Shown: piece by piece, positions 38,173 through 47,553 of the stretch
How the letters are laid out: each line of letters opens with the position of its first letter
How positions within the stretch are numbered: the first letter of the stretch is position 1
Virus record (IMG/VR): IMGVR_UViG_3300015244_001911
Coordinates: 1 to 64,000 of that record
DNA length: 64,000 bases
Strand: one strand, 5' to 3'
Source of the DNA: an uncultured virus (IMG/VR IMGVR_UViG_3300015244_001911)
Lineage: Duplodnaviria; Heunggongvirae; Uroviricota; Caudoviricetes
The notes under the pieces: model-generated
The model's input: the letters and a program-made list of their open reading frames with translations, nothing else
Databases searched by the model: none
Told to the model about the DNA's origin: nothing
Made by a program: the position numbers and the translations under genes

Positions 38173-39117
38173 ATGATACAAGAATTATTAACAGAGAAAC
38201 TTAGACCAAAAGAGCTAAGACATATGATTCTCCCTCAGAGAATCTCTAAGATATTTGAGAATGGATTAAATCAGAACGTTCTTTTAAGCGGTCCTCCAGG
38301 ATGTGGAAAAACAACTTTAGCAAAAATTTTAGCTGCTCCGTATCCGCATATTTTTATAAACGGATCCGATGAAAGCTCGGTTGAAACTATCAGAGTCAAG
38401 ATAAATGATTTCTGTTCAACTATATCAGTCCTAGATGGTAGATCGTCTAAGAAGGTTGTTATATTGGATGAGTTTGACGGGGTATCAGATCAGTTTCACA
38501 AAGCCCTCCGCGGAACTATTGAGAAGTTTGCTAGCAATACAAGATTCGTTGCAACCTGCAACTATATAAATAAGATTCCCGATGCAATCCAGAGTAGATT
38601 TGAGGTTATTGATTTTAATCCAGTTAGCAATGACGAGGAGGAATCATTAAAAGCAGAATGGAACAAGAGAGTAAGTCTTATATTATCAAAGCTTAATATC
38701 TCAATCGATGCAGACTCTCTATTGGAGTTCCAAAAGAACTACTACCCAGATTTCAGATCGGCATTGAATAAGATCCAAAGTTGGAACATCGAGAATGTGA
38801 CCGTGGTGGATTCTAAAAAAATGCAGGAGCTTGGATGGTCTTATGAATCTTTATATGATCTAATAGTAACATCTAAAGACCCGGTTAAAAATTATCAAAC
38901 AATAGTTGGTGAATATCAAGGTAAGGTTGATGATGTGATGTCTGCCCTTGGCGAGGAGTTTATTAAATGGATAATTGATAACAAACCAGAATTAAGAAAA
39001 ATAATCCCTGGTGTTATCATCCTTGTTGCAGATCACCAATCACAAAGAAACCAGGTGATTGACCCTATGGTTTCTCTTCTATCACTTGTTTATCAAATAC
39101 AGAAATTAGTAGAATAG
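38173..39117 (+). CDS. gp44: Clamp loader AAA+ subunit (gp44/RFC-like)
   Basis: EKLRP, GPPGCGKTT, ILDEFD, CNY and SRF motifs. Confidence 0.92.
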   Translation: MIQELLTEKLRPKELRHMILPQRISKIFENGLNQNVLLSGPPGCGKTTLAKILAAPYPHIFINGSDESSVETIRVKINDFCSTISVLDGRSSKKVVILDEFDGVSDQFHKALRGTIEKFASNTRFVATCNYINKIPDAIQSRFEVIDFNPVSNDEEESLKAEWNKRVSLILSKLNISIDADSLLEFQKNYYPDFRSALNKIQSWNIENVTVVDSKKMQELGWSYESLYDLIVTSKDPVKNYQTIVGEYQGKVDDVMSALGEEFIKWIIDNKPELRKIIPGVIILVADHQSQRNQVIDPMVSLLSLVYQIQKLVE

Positions 39118-39648
39118 ATGAGAAGAGTAATATTAGTTGGTAAGGGTGGTTCAGGAAAAGATCACGCAAGAAAGCTTTTAGAAGATAGAGGATTTAGATA
39201 TTGCGTTTCACACACGACAAGGCCTCCTAGAGAGGGTGAGATACAGGGAAAAGATTATCATTTTATAAGCAGAGATGCTGCTGCCCACGATTTTGAAGCG
39301 AAGGGACTTTTCTATGAATATGTTATATTTAATGGATGGGTATACGGAACCACGAAGGAGGAGTTCGTAAAATCAAATCTATTTATAATGACACCATCAG
39401 GGATAGCTAAACTCCTTCCTGAAGATAGAAAAGAATCATTAATAGTTTATTTAGATATAGACGAAGAAACAAGAAGACTGAGACTTTTAGGCCGGAGAGA
39501 TGCTGATAGCGTGGAGAGAAGATTAAAAGCTGACGACGACGATTTTGAAAACTTTAAAGATTTTGACCATAGAATAGTAGACCCTGAATTCTCAATTGAT
39601 GAGGAATGGGCTTCGGTTGAGAATTATAAAACGGAACAATTAAAATAA
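39118..39648 (+). CDS. gmk: Guanylate kinase-like protein
   Basis: GKGGSGKD, SHTTRPPREGE..GKDYHF and YGT motifs. Confidence 0.85.
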   Translation: MRRVILVGKGGSGKDHARKLLEDRGFRYCVSHTTRPPREGEIQGKDYHFISRDAAAHDFEAKGLFYEYVIFNGWVYGTTKEEFVKSNLFIMTPSGIAKLLPEDRKESLIVYLDIDEETRRLRLLGRRDADSVERRLKADDDDFENFKDFDHRIVDPEFSIDEEWASVENYKTEQLK

Positions 39649-39651
39649 AAT

Positions 39652-40800
39652 ATGGTTAATATACTGATAGACGGAAATTACATCTTTCATAAAACATTCG
39701 GAATATTCGGCGGTTACGGAAATGTCGATCCAGGTAAGATACTTAAGGATAAATCTGAACAAGCAGCTTTTATTAGAAAAGTATCAACTGATCTCTGTTC
39801 TTCCCTAAAGATGATACCTCAGGGTGGTAGATTAGTTTTCACCGCAGATAGCAGAAGTTGGAGAAAGGATATTGAAATAGAGGACGGTGGTTATAAATCA
39901 GGAAGAGTTAAGGACGAAGCCGTTGACTGGACTATCTTTTTTGAACTTATGCAATCATTTGGTTCTCATCTCGAAAAGATGGGATTTATTTTTTCTAAGG
40001 TCGAAGGAGCTGAAGGTGATGATCTTCTAATGTTTTGGTCGGATCACTTTAATAGCAAAAAAGAAAATTGTATAATCATAACGGGTGATAAAGATCTACA
40101 TCAGTTAGCAAAAATATCTGGAGGTTCATGGACTGCCATATGGAATAATAATTCGAAGAAGAATACCATATCTGTTCCGAGAGGATGGAAAGAATCATGG
40201 CTTGATAAGAACGAGTCAGTTAACATTTTTAATATGGCTTCAACAATCTCTCCCGAGAAGGAAAGATTTAAAGACTTCCTAAAGAAGGTTCAAATCGAAG
40301 AAATTGAGAGCAGACCTTTCATATTCAATAAGATACTCATTGGCGATAAAGGTGATTCTGTTCCTGGTGTATTCACTTACATGCAAAACAATAAACCAGT
40401 CAATTTTACACAGAAGAAATCGGATACCGTATACGAATCATTTTTAGAATCTGAATGGTGCGACGAATCTTTCGGAACATTAGTCAACTCATCGGAAAGT
40501 GGGGAATTTCTAAATTGGTTAAGTGGATTAGTAATTAGAACATCTAAGGGTGTTGATAGCTCCGAGAATAGAATTAAGGTAAAATCTAATATAATTAGAA
40601 ACTTTAAGCTCATGTGGTTAAATTCATCAATGATACCCGATTTTGTTACTAATGGATGTATGGATGAAATATCAAGAGGTATTTCGCTAGAAAAAAGATC
40701 GGTAACTCTAGATAGAATTAAAATATTAGAAGGAACCGAATGGGTTACCTCCGGATATCAACCTAGGGGATTCGATCCTTTTGAACATCTTATAAAATAA
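39652..40800 (+). CDS. 5'-3' exonuclease / T4 RNase H-like flap nuclease
   Basis: IDGN, SWRK, EGDD, TGDKDL.QL and GDKGD.VP motifs. Confidence 0.88.
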   Translation: MVNILIDGNYIFHKTFGIFGGYGNVDPGKILKDKSEQAAFIRKVSTDLCSSLKMIPQGGRLVFTADSRSWRKDIEIEDGGYKSGRVKDEAVDWTIFFELMQSFGSHLEKMGFIFSKVEGAEGDDLLMFWSDHFNSKKENCIIITGDKDLHQLAKISGGSWTAIWNNNSKKNTISVPRGWKESWLDKNESVNIFNMASTISPEKERFKDFLKKVQIEEIESRPFIFNKILIGDKGDSVPGVFTYMQNNKPVNFTQKKSDTVYESFLESEWCDESFGTLVNSSESGEFLNWLSGLVIRTSKGVDSSENRIKVKSNIIRNFKLMWLNSSMIPDFVTNGCMDEISRGISLEKRSVTLDRIKILEGTEWVTSGYQPRGFDPFEHLIK

Positions 40801-40806
40801 AAGATA

Positions 40807-41226
40807 ATGCAGCTTTTTGATATAGTTAAAAATATATTTTCGACAAACGACAAGAACTGGAAATCTGTGGGGAGGATCGATAAATCAAGGAATTTTTTCA
40901 TGGTTAATCGAATAATGTCTATACAGTTCCCCATCCAGGCGAACCAGTTCAATAAATTAAAAGTTACCCCTGCACCTGTTGTTGATTGGTGGAGAGACAC
41001 ACTATCGCATAGATTTAGCAAACCACCGGTCTGGATATACACCAAAACAAAAAAGGTGGAAAAGCAGGAGGAAACACAAATCAAGGAATCTCCTGAGGTT
41101 GAGTCCTTTATAAGGGATAAATACAAGATAACAAGAAGGGATCTTCTCCAGATAAAAGAATTCTATCCGGATAGATACCAAGCATGGCTATCCGATATAG
41201 CTGAACAAACCGGACTTCAAAAATAG
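40807..41226 (+). CDS. Hypothetical protein, possible gp62-like clamp loader small subunit
   Basis: FMVNRIMS...ANQFN resembles gp62; weak match. Confidence 0.4.
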   Translation: MQLFDIVKNIFSTNDKNWKSVGRIDKSRNFFMVNRIMSIQFPIQANQFNKLKVTPAPVVDWWRDTLSHRFSKPPVWIYTKTKKVEKQEETQIKESPEVESFIRDKYKITRRDLLQIKEFYPDRYQAWLSDIAEQTGLQK

Positions 41227-41240
41227 GAATATATAGAGGA

Positions 41241-41795
41241 ATGAAAAAAGGGAATAACAAATTAATCGACAAAGTTATCTCAAGTTTAGATTGGGATGCT
41301 ATTTACGAGGTGAACAAGTGCTTTAAGCATGGAGTAGGAGACGGAACTTCAGCTATACCTGGTGTTAAAAGAAAACCCTTTGCTGACGGGATAACTAAGA
41401 ATGACATAAAGAATGAACTAAAAAGTCTTCTTAAATATGTCATAGAGAATGATTTAGCTGAGGTTATTTATGGATACTGGATGATATTCTGGAATAATGC
41501 AGAATGGTCGGAAGAATCGATCAACCAACTAAGGGATCAGTATGACGAGGATGAAGAGGATGATGAAGATTTTGATGCCATCATATTGGATTCTACCCTG
41601 GAGGTCATATACTCACCTCAGAGAATTTGTGCTATTGAAAATACCCAATTAAAGGATATAAAAAGAGAAGATTCGGATATGAGTAATCTTGAATCTATGC
41701 TTAAAAAAGCTCTGTCTAGGGAACAATATGAACTGGCATCTAAAATAAGAGACGTGATTAAGCTACAAAATAGCTCTGAGCAATCGGATACATAG
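41241..41795 (+). CDS. Protein with C-terminal UVR (UvrB/C) domain
   Basis: LKKALSREQYELASKIRD. Confidence 0.65.
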   Translation: MKKGNNKLIDKVISSLDWDAIYEVNKCFKHGVGDGTSAIPGVKRKPFADGITKNDIKNELKSLLKYVIENDLAEVIYGYWMIFWNNAEWSEESINQLRDQYDEDEEDDEDFDAIILDSTLEVIYSPQRICAIENTQLKDIKREDSDMSNLESMLKKALSREQYELASKIRDVIKLQNSSEQSDT

Positions 41796-41799
41796 TCTA

Positions 41800-42279
41800 A
41801 TGAAACACATAATCCCAATAAACGAATTTGATAGTAATGCATTTGGCGACACCTATGGATATGGTGGAGCTAATGGTATATTTAAGATAAATTACAAGCC
41901 TTTCAGTGATCTTTCAGTTTCTGTTGGTCCTGATCCAAACGTGGAGCGTACGGTAAAGGGATCCGAATTCCAATTAGGTGACGTGATCATAGCACAACCA
42001 CTACAATCAAAGAAGGATGTTATTGGCGTAATAGTTAGAGCATTTAGAAATCCGGATAACCAACAATATAGGTATTTTATCCAAGTCTATAATAAGGGTA
42101 AGAAAACTGAAAGAGTCATCGAGGTAAAAAGTGATACCGTTAAATTTGCTGAAGGAGGAGACCACGGAAATATGGAAACCATTTCTAAATACAAAAATAA
42201 CGAAATCCCAAGCGCTGCATTCAATTCTAAAACAGTATACAGTTCCAGTGAATTGGGACTTGAGACTACTGGGGGATAA
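41800..42279 (+). CDS. Hypothetical protein, possibly internal head protein
   Basis: MKHIIPINEF N-terminus. Confidence 0.6.
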   Translation: MKHIIPINEFDSNAFGDTYGYGGANGIFKINYKPFSDLSVSVGPDPNVERTVKGSEFQLGDVIIAQPLQSKKDVIGVIVRAFRNPDNQQYRYFIQVYNKGKKTERVIEVKSDTVKFAEGGDHGNMETISKYKNNEIPSAAFNSKTVYSSSELGLETTGG

Positions 42280-42286
42280 AATAAAG

Positions 42287-42314
42287 GAAACTAATTCCAA
42301 TCCCACGGGTACAA
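42287..42314 (+). promoter_or_regulatory. Putative middle promoter GAAAC-N17-GTACAA
   Basis: Conserved 17-nt spacer. Confidence 0.6.
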
Positions 42315-42330
42315 AGAATAAAGACATTCG

Positions 42331-43233
42331 ATGGTATCCGGTAACAACCAACCAAATATTTCTTATATCGGGCTTCCCAAAAGAAGCATAAATGGAGAAT
42401 TTTCAATATCTTCATATGACGATATGCTTGCTCTCATTCTGGATATATGCCGCATAAATTCAGGTATAATGGCAAAGTCTGTTTGTCTCGATGTCAATGA
42501 GTTAGACATCAGCCAATCCTTCTTCGATGACACCATAGAAGAGGAAGATCCAGTGATATCCTCCAAGATCAATGAAATAAATTCCATCATCAATAAGAAT
42601 TCAATTAGAATTTGTTTTTTTGCTGGCAAGGAATATTTTTTGGGTAGCCAATTAGAACAGGTTAGAGACAATACGGTAAGACTATTTAACATACTTGGAT
42701 CAATATTGGATTTACTCGGTGTGGACTATCCATCGATAGTTGTTCGTGTTGGTTCTGCTTATGGAAACAGAAAAGCTACAATGAAATCTTTTTGCGAGCG
42801 TGTCTCACTGCTTGACAAATCAACAGCAGAAAAACTTTGTGTTACGAATGACGAAAAACCCAGTCTTTTTTCAATAACGGATCTTCTGTCCGGAGTTTAT
42901 TATGAATCTGGAATACCTTTATGTTTTCGATCGCTACCTCATCAATTTAATGATGGTGGACTTAGTATTAGAGAGGCACTATTCTTAGCTTCCTCAACGT
43001 GGAAAGCTGGTCAAAGACCTTTCTTTATACATGGTGAATCCGAGGACGTAAATGAATACGGGGTTTCCCTTTCTCCTGTCCCAGCAAGATCATTAAGCAG
43101 AAGAATACCAACATTTGGTTTGGAATGCGATATCGTAATAGATTCACCATCAGGGGAATCAGCTTATATCGAATATCTAAAGAATTATAAATCACTACCT
43201 CCCGTAGTGATAAACAAAGTTGCTAAGAAATAA
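42331..43233 (+). CDS. UV-damage endonuclease (UvsE)-like TIM barrel, metal ligands apparently substituted
   Basis: LGS...V, LDLLG, G.AYGN.K, ND.K, GIP and A.STW..P pattern of UvsE. Confidence 0.65.
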   Translation: MVSGNNQPNISYIGLPKRSINGEFSISSYDDMLALILDICRINSGIMAKSVCLDVNELDISQSFFDDTIEEEDPVISSKINEINSIINKNSIRICFFAGKEYFLGSQLEQVRDNTVRLFNILGSILDLLGVDYPSIVVRVGSAYGNRKATMKSFCERVSLLDKSTAEKLCVTNDEKPSLFSITDLLSGVYYESGIPLCFRSLPHQFNDGGLSIREALFLASSTWKAGQRPFFIHGESEDVNEYGVSLSPVPARSLSRRIPTFGLECDIVIDSPSGESAYIEYLKNYKSLPPVVINKVAKK

Positions 43234-43283
43234 TTTTTTTATTTCGAGTTTATTGTTTATATTTACAGAAATTTTAGAGACCC

Positions 43284-43985
43284 ATGTTTAAAAAAGAAGC
43301 AATACAGAATTTTTTATATTTTGACGTCGAGACCGCATGTGCGTACGAAGGATACGAAACGATGAGCGAGCTTAATCCTAGATTAGCTACACTTTGGTCT
43401 AAAAGAGCGAATTATTATAGAGGAGCAAATACGGAATTGGCAGGAGCTACCGACGGTGAGATATTTTTACAGAAAGGTTCACTAGAACCTGAATTTTCAA
43501 GAGTTGTTTGTGTTACCTTTGGTACATTCACAGAGGATGGTGAGAAAAAATTCATTTCTTTTGCAGGTCAGGATGAGATTGATATTCTTAATAAAACAAA
43601 CAAGGTTTTAAATAATGCCATGGCTAAGAACTGGAAGCTATGTGGACATAATATTAAAGGATTCGATGTGCCATGCCTAGGTAAAAGAATGGTCTTTAAT
43701 GGAATAAACCCCTCGGGTAATATTCAGATTTGGGACAAGAAGCCATGGGAAATACCCTATGTCGACACCTCAGATATTTTTGCTTTTGGAAGCTGGGTAC
43801 AACAAAAATATCTAAGTCTTGATCTATTGGCTTGTTCGCTTAATATACCATCACCAAAAGGTGATCTTGACGGATCTAAAGTTAATCACACCTATTGGAT
43901 AGAGAAGGATTATGATAAGATCTCCACCTACTGTGAAGCTGATGTGAAAACAGTAATGGACGTCATGGAGAAGGTCTGCTTCTAG
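43284..43985 (+). CDS. 3'-5' exonuclease (PolB exonuclease-like, DEDD)
   Basis: FDVET, GHNIKGFDVP, KPWE and YCEADV motifs. Confidence 0.88.
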   Translation: MFKKEAIQNFLYFDVETACAYEGYETMSELNPRLATLWSKRANYYRGANTELAGATDGEIFLQKGSLEPEFSRVVCVTFGTFTEDGEKKFISFAGQDEIDILNKTNKVLNNAMAKNWKLCGHNIKGFDVPCLGKRMVFNGINPSGNIQIWDKKPWEIPYVDTSDIFAFGSWVQQKYLSLDLLACSLNIPSPKGDLDGSKVNHTYWIEKDYDKISTYCEADVKTVMDVMEKVCF

Positions 43986-44010
43986 CAAATACAAAACCAC
44001 ACAATACCTT

Positions 44011-44046
44011 AAAAGCTTTTCTTGATATATAGAGAAAAGCTTTTTT
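44011..44046 (+). terminator. Inverted repeat / terminator whose loop holds a GATATATA late promoter
   Basis: AAAAGCTTTTC-ttGATATATAga-GAAAAGCTTTT followed by Ts. Confidence 0.6.
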
Positions 44047-44047
44047 A

Positions 44048-44863
44048 GTGGACGGAGTATTACATTTTATCGAATTCTTAAAAACCAAAGGGGTTTCTCT
44101 TAATGAAAGGGAGATAAACCCATTCTATCATGATGAATTAAACCCTGTCTTTTGGACTAAGAAAAAAGACAAGGAGAGGAATGAAAAATGGGTATTTGAT
44201 CAAAGGGTAAGAAGAAAGCTTCTCCGAATAGCCAAAGAATTCTTCCTTGATTTCGAGGATATCCTAAAGGAGAAGGATATAGTTGACATCCAACTTACCG
44301 GATCTCTCTCAAATTACAATTACACCGATTTTTCGGATCTTGATGTTCATATCATAGTAAATCTTAAGGGTATAGACGACGAGAACCCGCAAATTCTTAA
44401 AAGAGCCATAGATGGCATAAGGTTCGCTTGGAACCTTAGACATGATATTAGCATCAGAGGATATGATGTTGAACTATACGTGCAAGACGAGGACGAACCT
44501 CACACTGCTTCAGCCTTATTTTCCTTATTGAATAACGAGTGGATAAAGAAGCCCGTATACGATCCTCCTTCAATTGATGAGAGGGATGTTGAGAAGAAAT
44601 ATAATGGCATAGTTTCTGACATCGAGCAAATACATTCCAGATTAATGATTGACTCTGTACTCCCTACAAATGCAAGACAGCTATATAGGAGATGTATAAA
44701 GCTGAAAGTAAAGATCTTCAAAATGAGAAAGGAAGGGCTTGCAAAAGGAGGGGAAATGTCAATTGGTAATTTAGCTTTTAAAAAGCTCAGAAATGAAGGA
44801 TATATAGAAAAACTGATAAATATCATTTCCAAATCGTACGATAAAATTTACACAGAAAAATAA
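44048..44863 (+). CDS. Pol-beta-superfamily nucleotidyltransferase
   Basis: TGSLSNYNY..SDLDVHI and VELYVQD motifs; GTG start. Confidence 0.8.
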   Translation: MDGVLHFIEFLKTKGVSLNEREINPFYHDELNPVFWTKKKDKERNEKWVFDQRVRRKLLRIAKEFFLDFEDILKEKDIVDIQLTGSLSNYNYTDFSDLDVHIIVNLKGIDDENPQILKRAIDGIRFAWNLRHDISIRGYDVELYVQDEDEPHTASALFSLLNNEWIKKPVYDPPSIDERDVEKKYNGIVSDIEQIHSRLMIDSVLPTNARQLYRRCIKLKVKIFKMRKEGLAKGGEMSIGNLAFKKLRNEGYIEKLINIISKSYDKIYTEK

Positions 44864-44871
44864 TACAAAAG

Positions 44872-47484
44872 ATGGTTATATTATTACCCAAGAAAGCAGA
44901 ATATAAGATAGGAGATGATTTTCCTTTTCTAACTATTCCTTTGGACATGGAAGGTGCAGAAAGTGCATCATTTGAGGATTTTCAATGGTGGTCTACCTCG
45001 GAGAATTTCCAAAAGTGGCTTAAGAACAACCCTAGAGAATGGGTAGCTGATTCAGAAGACATGAGCAGATATAGCGGTAATATAACCGAATATTTGAAAG
45101 AGAATTATGGGTATGATTTCGATGACATTGACATCTCAATTGACGAATCCACTGGTGTTGCTTCGTTCACTCAATTTTCTAAACTGAATGAGGACAAAGG
45201 GGAAAAATCTCAGGATGATCCAACATACAGGGAATCTATTAAATTTCACTTTGCATATAATCAATTGAGATCTACTGGTAAGATAGACGAGACAATGAGT
45301 CCCGACGAAGTTACAGTGGGATCAGATAAAGCAATTTTCATTTCTGGTGAGGATCCCAATACTGGTGATAATATATTGGAGACACTAAAGGCAATTAGGG
45401 CAACTGGTTTTGTAAAAACCTCAGATGATTCTAAAATAATGCTTTTAAATGTTACCGAGATGGTTCCAGGAGGACCAATCGCGGAGGATGAGACTGCCGA
45501 GGGATTAACCCAGAAAATAGTACAGGATGCTACAATTCTTGCTGCTATGGGTGGAGCAGGAGTGGTTTTATACGGTGCTCTTAAAGTAGCAGGTAGTGCT
45601 TGGGCAGGTAATAAATTACTAAAAACTATATCTGGATTTAGTCCAGCTGCTAAAACTGCTGCTACCGGGGCTAAAACCGCAGGACTATTTAGTAAATTTA
45701 AAAGTTATACAGGAGCGGGTATTAAAAGCATCTGGGGAACAGCTAAATCGATGGCTCTTCTTAAAAACACCAGAATAGTAGGATCTGCCATAGCAAGAGG
45801 AGCAAGAGGAGCTAAAGCAGCATACACATTGGGTAAAGTTGGCGTCGGCGGTGCTATTAAAGCATTTGGAAGAGGACTTACGAGAGGTGCCAGTAAGGGT
45901 GGATTTAAAGCTATACCTTTCGTCGGTGAGGTTCTAATGGTTATTGATGCTGTTGGATCTACCTGGAATTGGTTTAGTGATAAACAGGCACCCAAATATA
46001 ACGAGGTAAAGGATTTTGCTCATAATGAGATGGATCCTAAGAAATTACCAATCGGTGTTCCCATCACTGTTTGTTGGGCTCAACCTGCTGGTGGTGGATG
46101 GGGAACTGCTGTAAGTTTTCTCTATAACAATGAAACAAGAACAACTGCAGAAATCATAAAGATCGGTGAAAAGAATAACTATTCAGTCTTTATTCTAACC
46201 CAGGTTAATTCAAAAGAAGTACAGAAACAATTGGCAGATCATGAACTGGTAATGATTGCTCTTGATAATAATGATCTTGTAAACGACCAGAGTGGATTTT
46301 TCAATACTGTTGCAAGAATTGTTGATAACGAGGATCTAGATTTTAAAATATCATATGTTGATGGTATTTCTAAACTTACATCGATTTTTAATTTTCAAGG
46401 AATGTGCGATTGGACTGTTTTCGAAGAGGCATTACAGAATTCTTCGGACCAGCTTATAGTATCTGATACTAGTGCACCCGAAACTTATGAATTCTATTAT
46501 GAAGACTCTGAGGAAAATGTTATCAACGTGGCAGGAAGATTAATGACTGACGATGAACTAAGATCAACAACAGATTCCGATCTGCAGAAGATATTCTTAC
46601 CTAAGGAGGATAAATCTGATTATGGAACTAGACCCGGAGAGAAAGCACCAGGGGCTAAAGAAAATGAGGAATATGCAGGATATGGATCCTTTATAAATGA
46701 ATCGGAAGTGATCACTAGCTTCTCTGCATTCAATAACAGAATGGATGGCATTAACGAGGACGATAAGGCTGCGGATGCTAAAGTTTCAGGAGGTAAAATA
46801 GAACTTTCTCAGGAACAACTTGCTGGACCTGCAAAAATCGCGATCTATTGGGTAACCGACAGAGAATATGCGGATCCCGATCTTAGAAAATATAAAGCTG
46901 GTCTATTCACCAACTTCACAATAAATCCCGATGATTATACAGCTAAGCCGGGTCAATCTATTGATGTTGAGCTCAATACCGTTAACGAGGACGTAGAGAA
47001 TCCAAAAAGAGGTGTCTATGTTTTCAAGAAGAAGAAAGAAGAAGAGGATAAGAAAGATGATGATAAAATCGTAGTGGTAACAAATCCTAAAGTTGAGGAT
47101 GACGATAAAAATGATGATGCAAAACCGGAGGATAATAAAACATCTGATGACTACTACATCAAGGTTGATCCTAAGGATGTTCAGATCAAGGACAGAAGAA
47201 GCTCAACAGTTATCAAAGATAACTCGGTAACTGGAGGGATAAATCTAATAGATAAATTCCTTACTGATAAGGATAAGGAAGTATTAGGAATCCAAAACTG
47301 GAAGGCAATTACTTTTGCAAAAGCACTACAGGATAACAGAGGAGACGTCGTAGAAGTTAAGCTTAAGAACAGATTTGCTGCATTTGGAGACAAAACTAGA
47401 AGGTATAGAGTTACTGACGGTGAATCTTTCCAAATAGGTAAAACATTTGCATCAGAGGTTGAGGACAGAATAAAATACGAATAA
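44872..47484 (+). CDS. Large late protein with Gly/Ala-rich hydrophobic helical region (possible ejection protein)
   Basis: GATATATA at 44799; ILAAMGGAGVVLYGAL and IPFVGEVLMVIDAV segments; LNE/INE sites. Confidence 0.65.
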   Translation: MVILLPKKAEYKIGDDFPFLTIPLDMEGAESASFEDFQWWSTSENFQKWLKNNPREWVADSEDMSRYSGNITEYLKENYGYDFDDIDISIDESTGVASFTQFSKLNEDKGEKSQDDPTYRESIKFHFAYNQLRSTGKIDETMSPDEVTVGSDKAIFISGEDPNTGDNILETLKAIRATGFVKTSDDSKIMLLNVTEMVPGGPIAEDETAEGLTQKIVQDATILAAMGGAGVVLYGALKVAGSAWAGNKLLKTISGFSPAAKTAATGAKTAGLFSKFKSYTGAGIKSIWGTAKSMALLKNTRIVGSAIARGARGAKAAYTLGKVGVGGAIKAFGRGLTRGASKGGFKAIPFVGEVLMVIDAVGSTWNWFSDKQAPKYNEVKDFAHNEMDPKKLPIGVPITVCWAQPAGGGWGTAVSFLYNNETRTTAEIIKIGEKNNYSVFILTQVNSKEVQKQLADHELVMIALDNNDLVNDQSGFFNTVARIVDNEDLDFKISYVDGISKLTSIFNFQGMCDWTVFEEALQNSSDQLIVSDTSAPETYEFYYEDSEENVINVAGRLMTDDELRSTTDSDLQKIFLPKEDKSDYGTRPGEKAPGAKENEEYAGYGSFINESEVITSFSAFNNRMDGINEDDKAADAKVSGGKIELSQEQLAGPAKIAIYWVTDREYADPDLRKYKAGLFTNFTINPDDYTAKPGQSIDVELNTVNEDVENPKRGVYVFKKKKEEEDKKDDDKIVVVTNPKVEDDDKNDDAKPEDNKTSDDYYIKVDPKDVQIKDRRSSTVIKDNSVTGGINLIDKFLTDKDKEVLGIQNWKAITFAKALQDNRGDVVEVKLKNRFAAFGDKTRRYRVTDGESFQIGKTFASEVEDRIKYE

Positions 47485-47553
47485 TCTCAAAAAATAGTAA
47501 AAAATACTGAAACCAGTATTGATATATAAGAAATACAAAAAGAAGATAGAAAA

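Noticed and set aside
39115..39120. In-frame TAG-ATG junction between clamp loader and guanylate kinase as readthrough
   Set aside because: Both proteins are complete separate families; tight packing explains it
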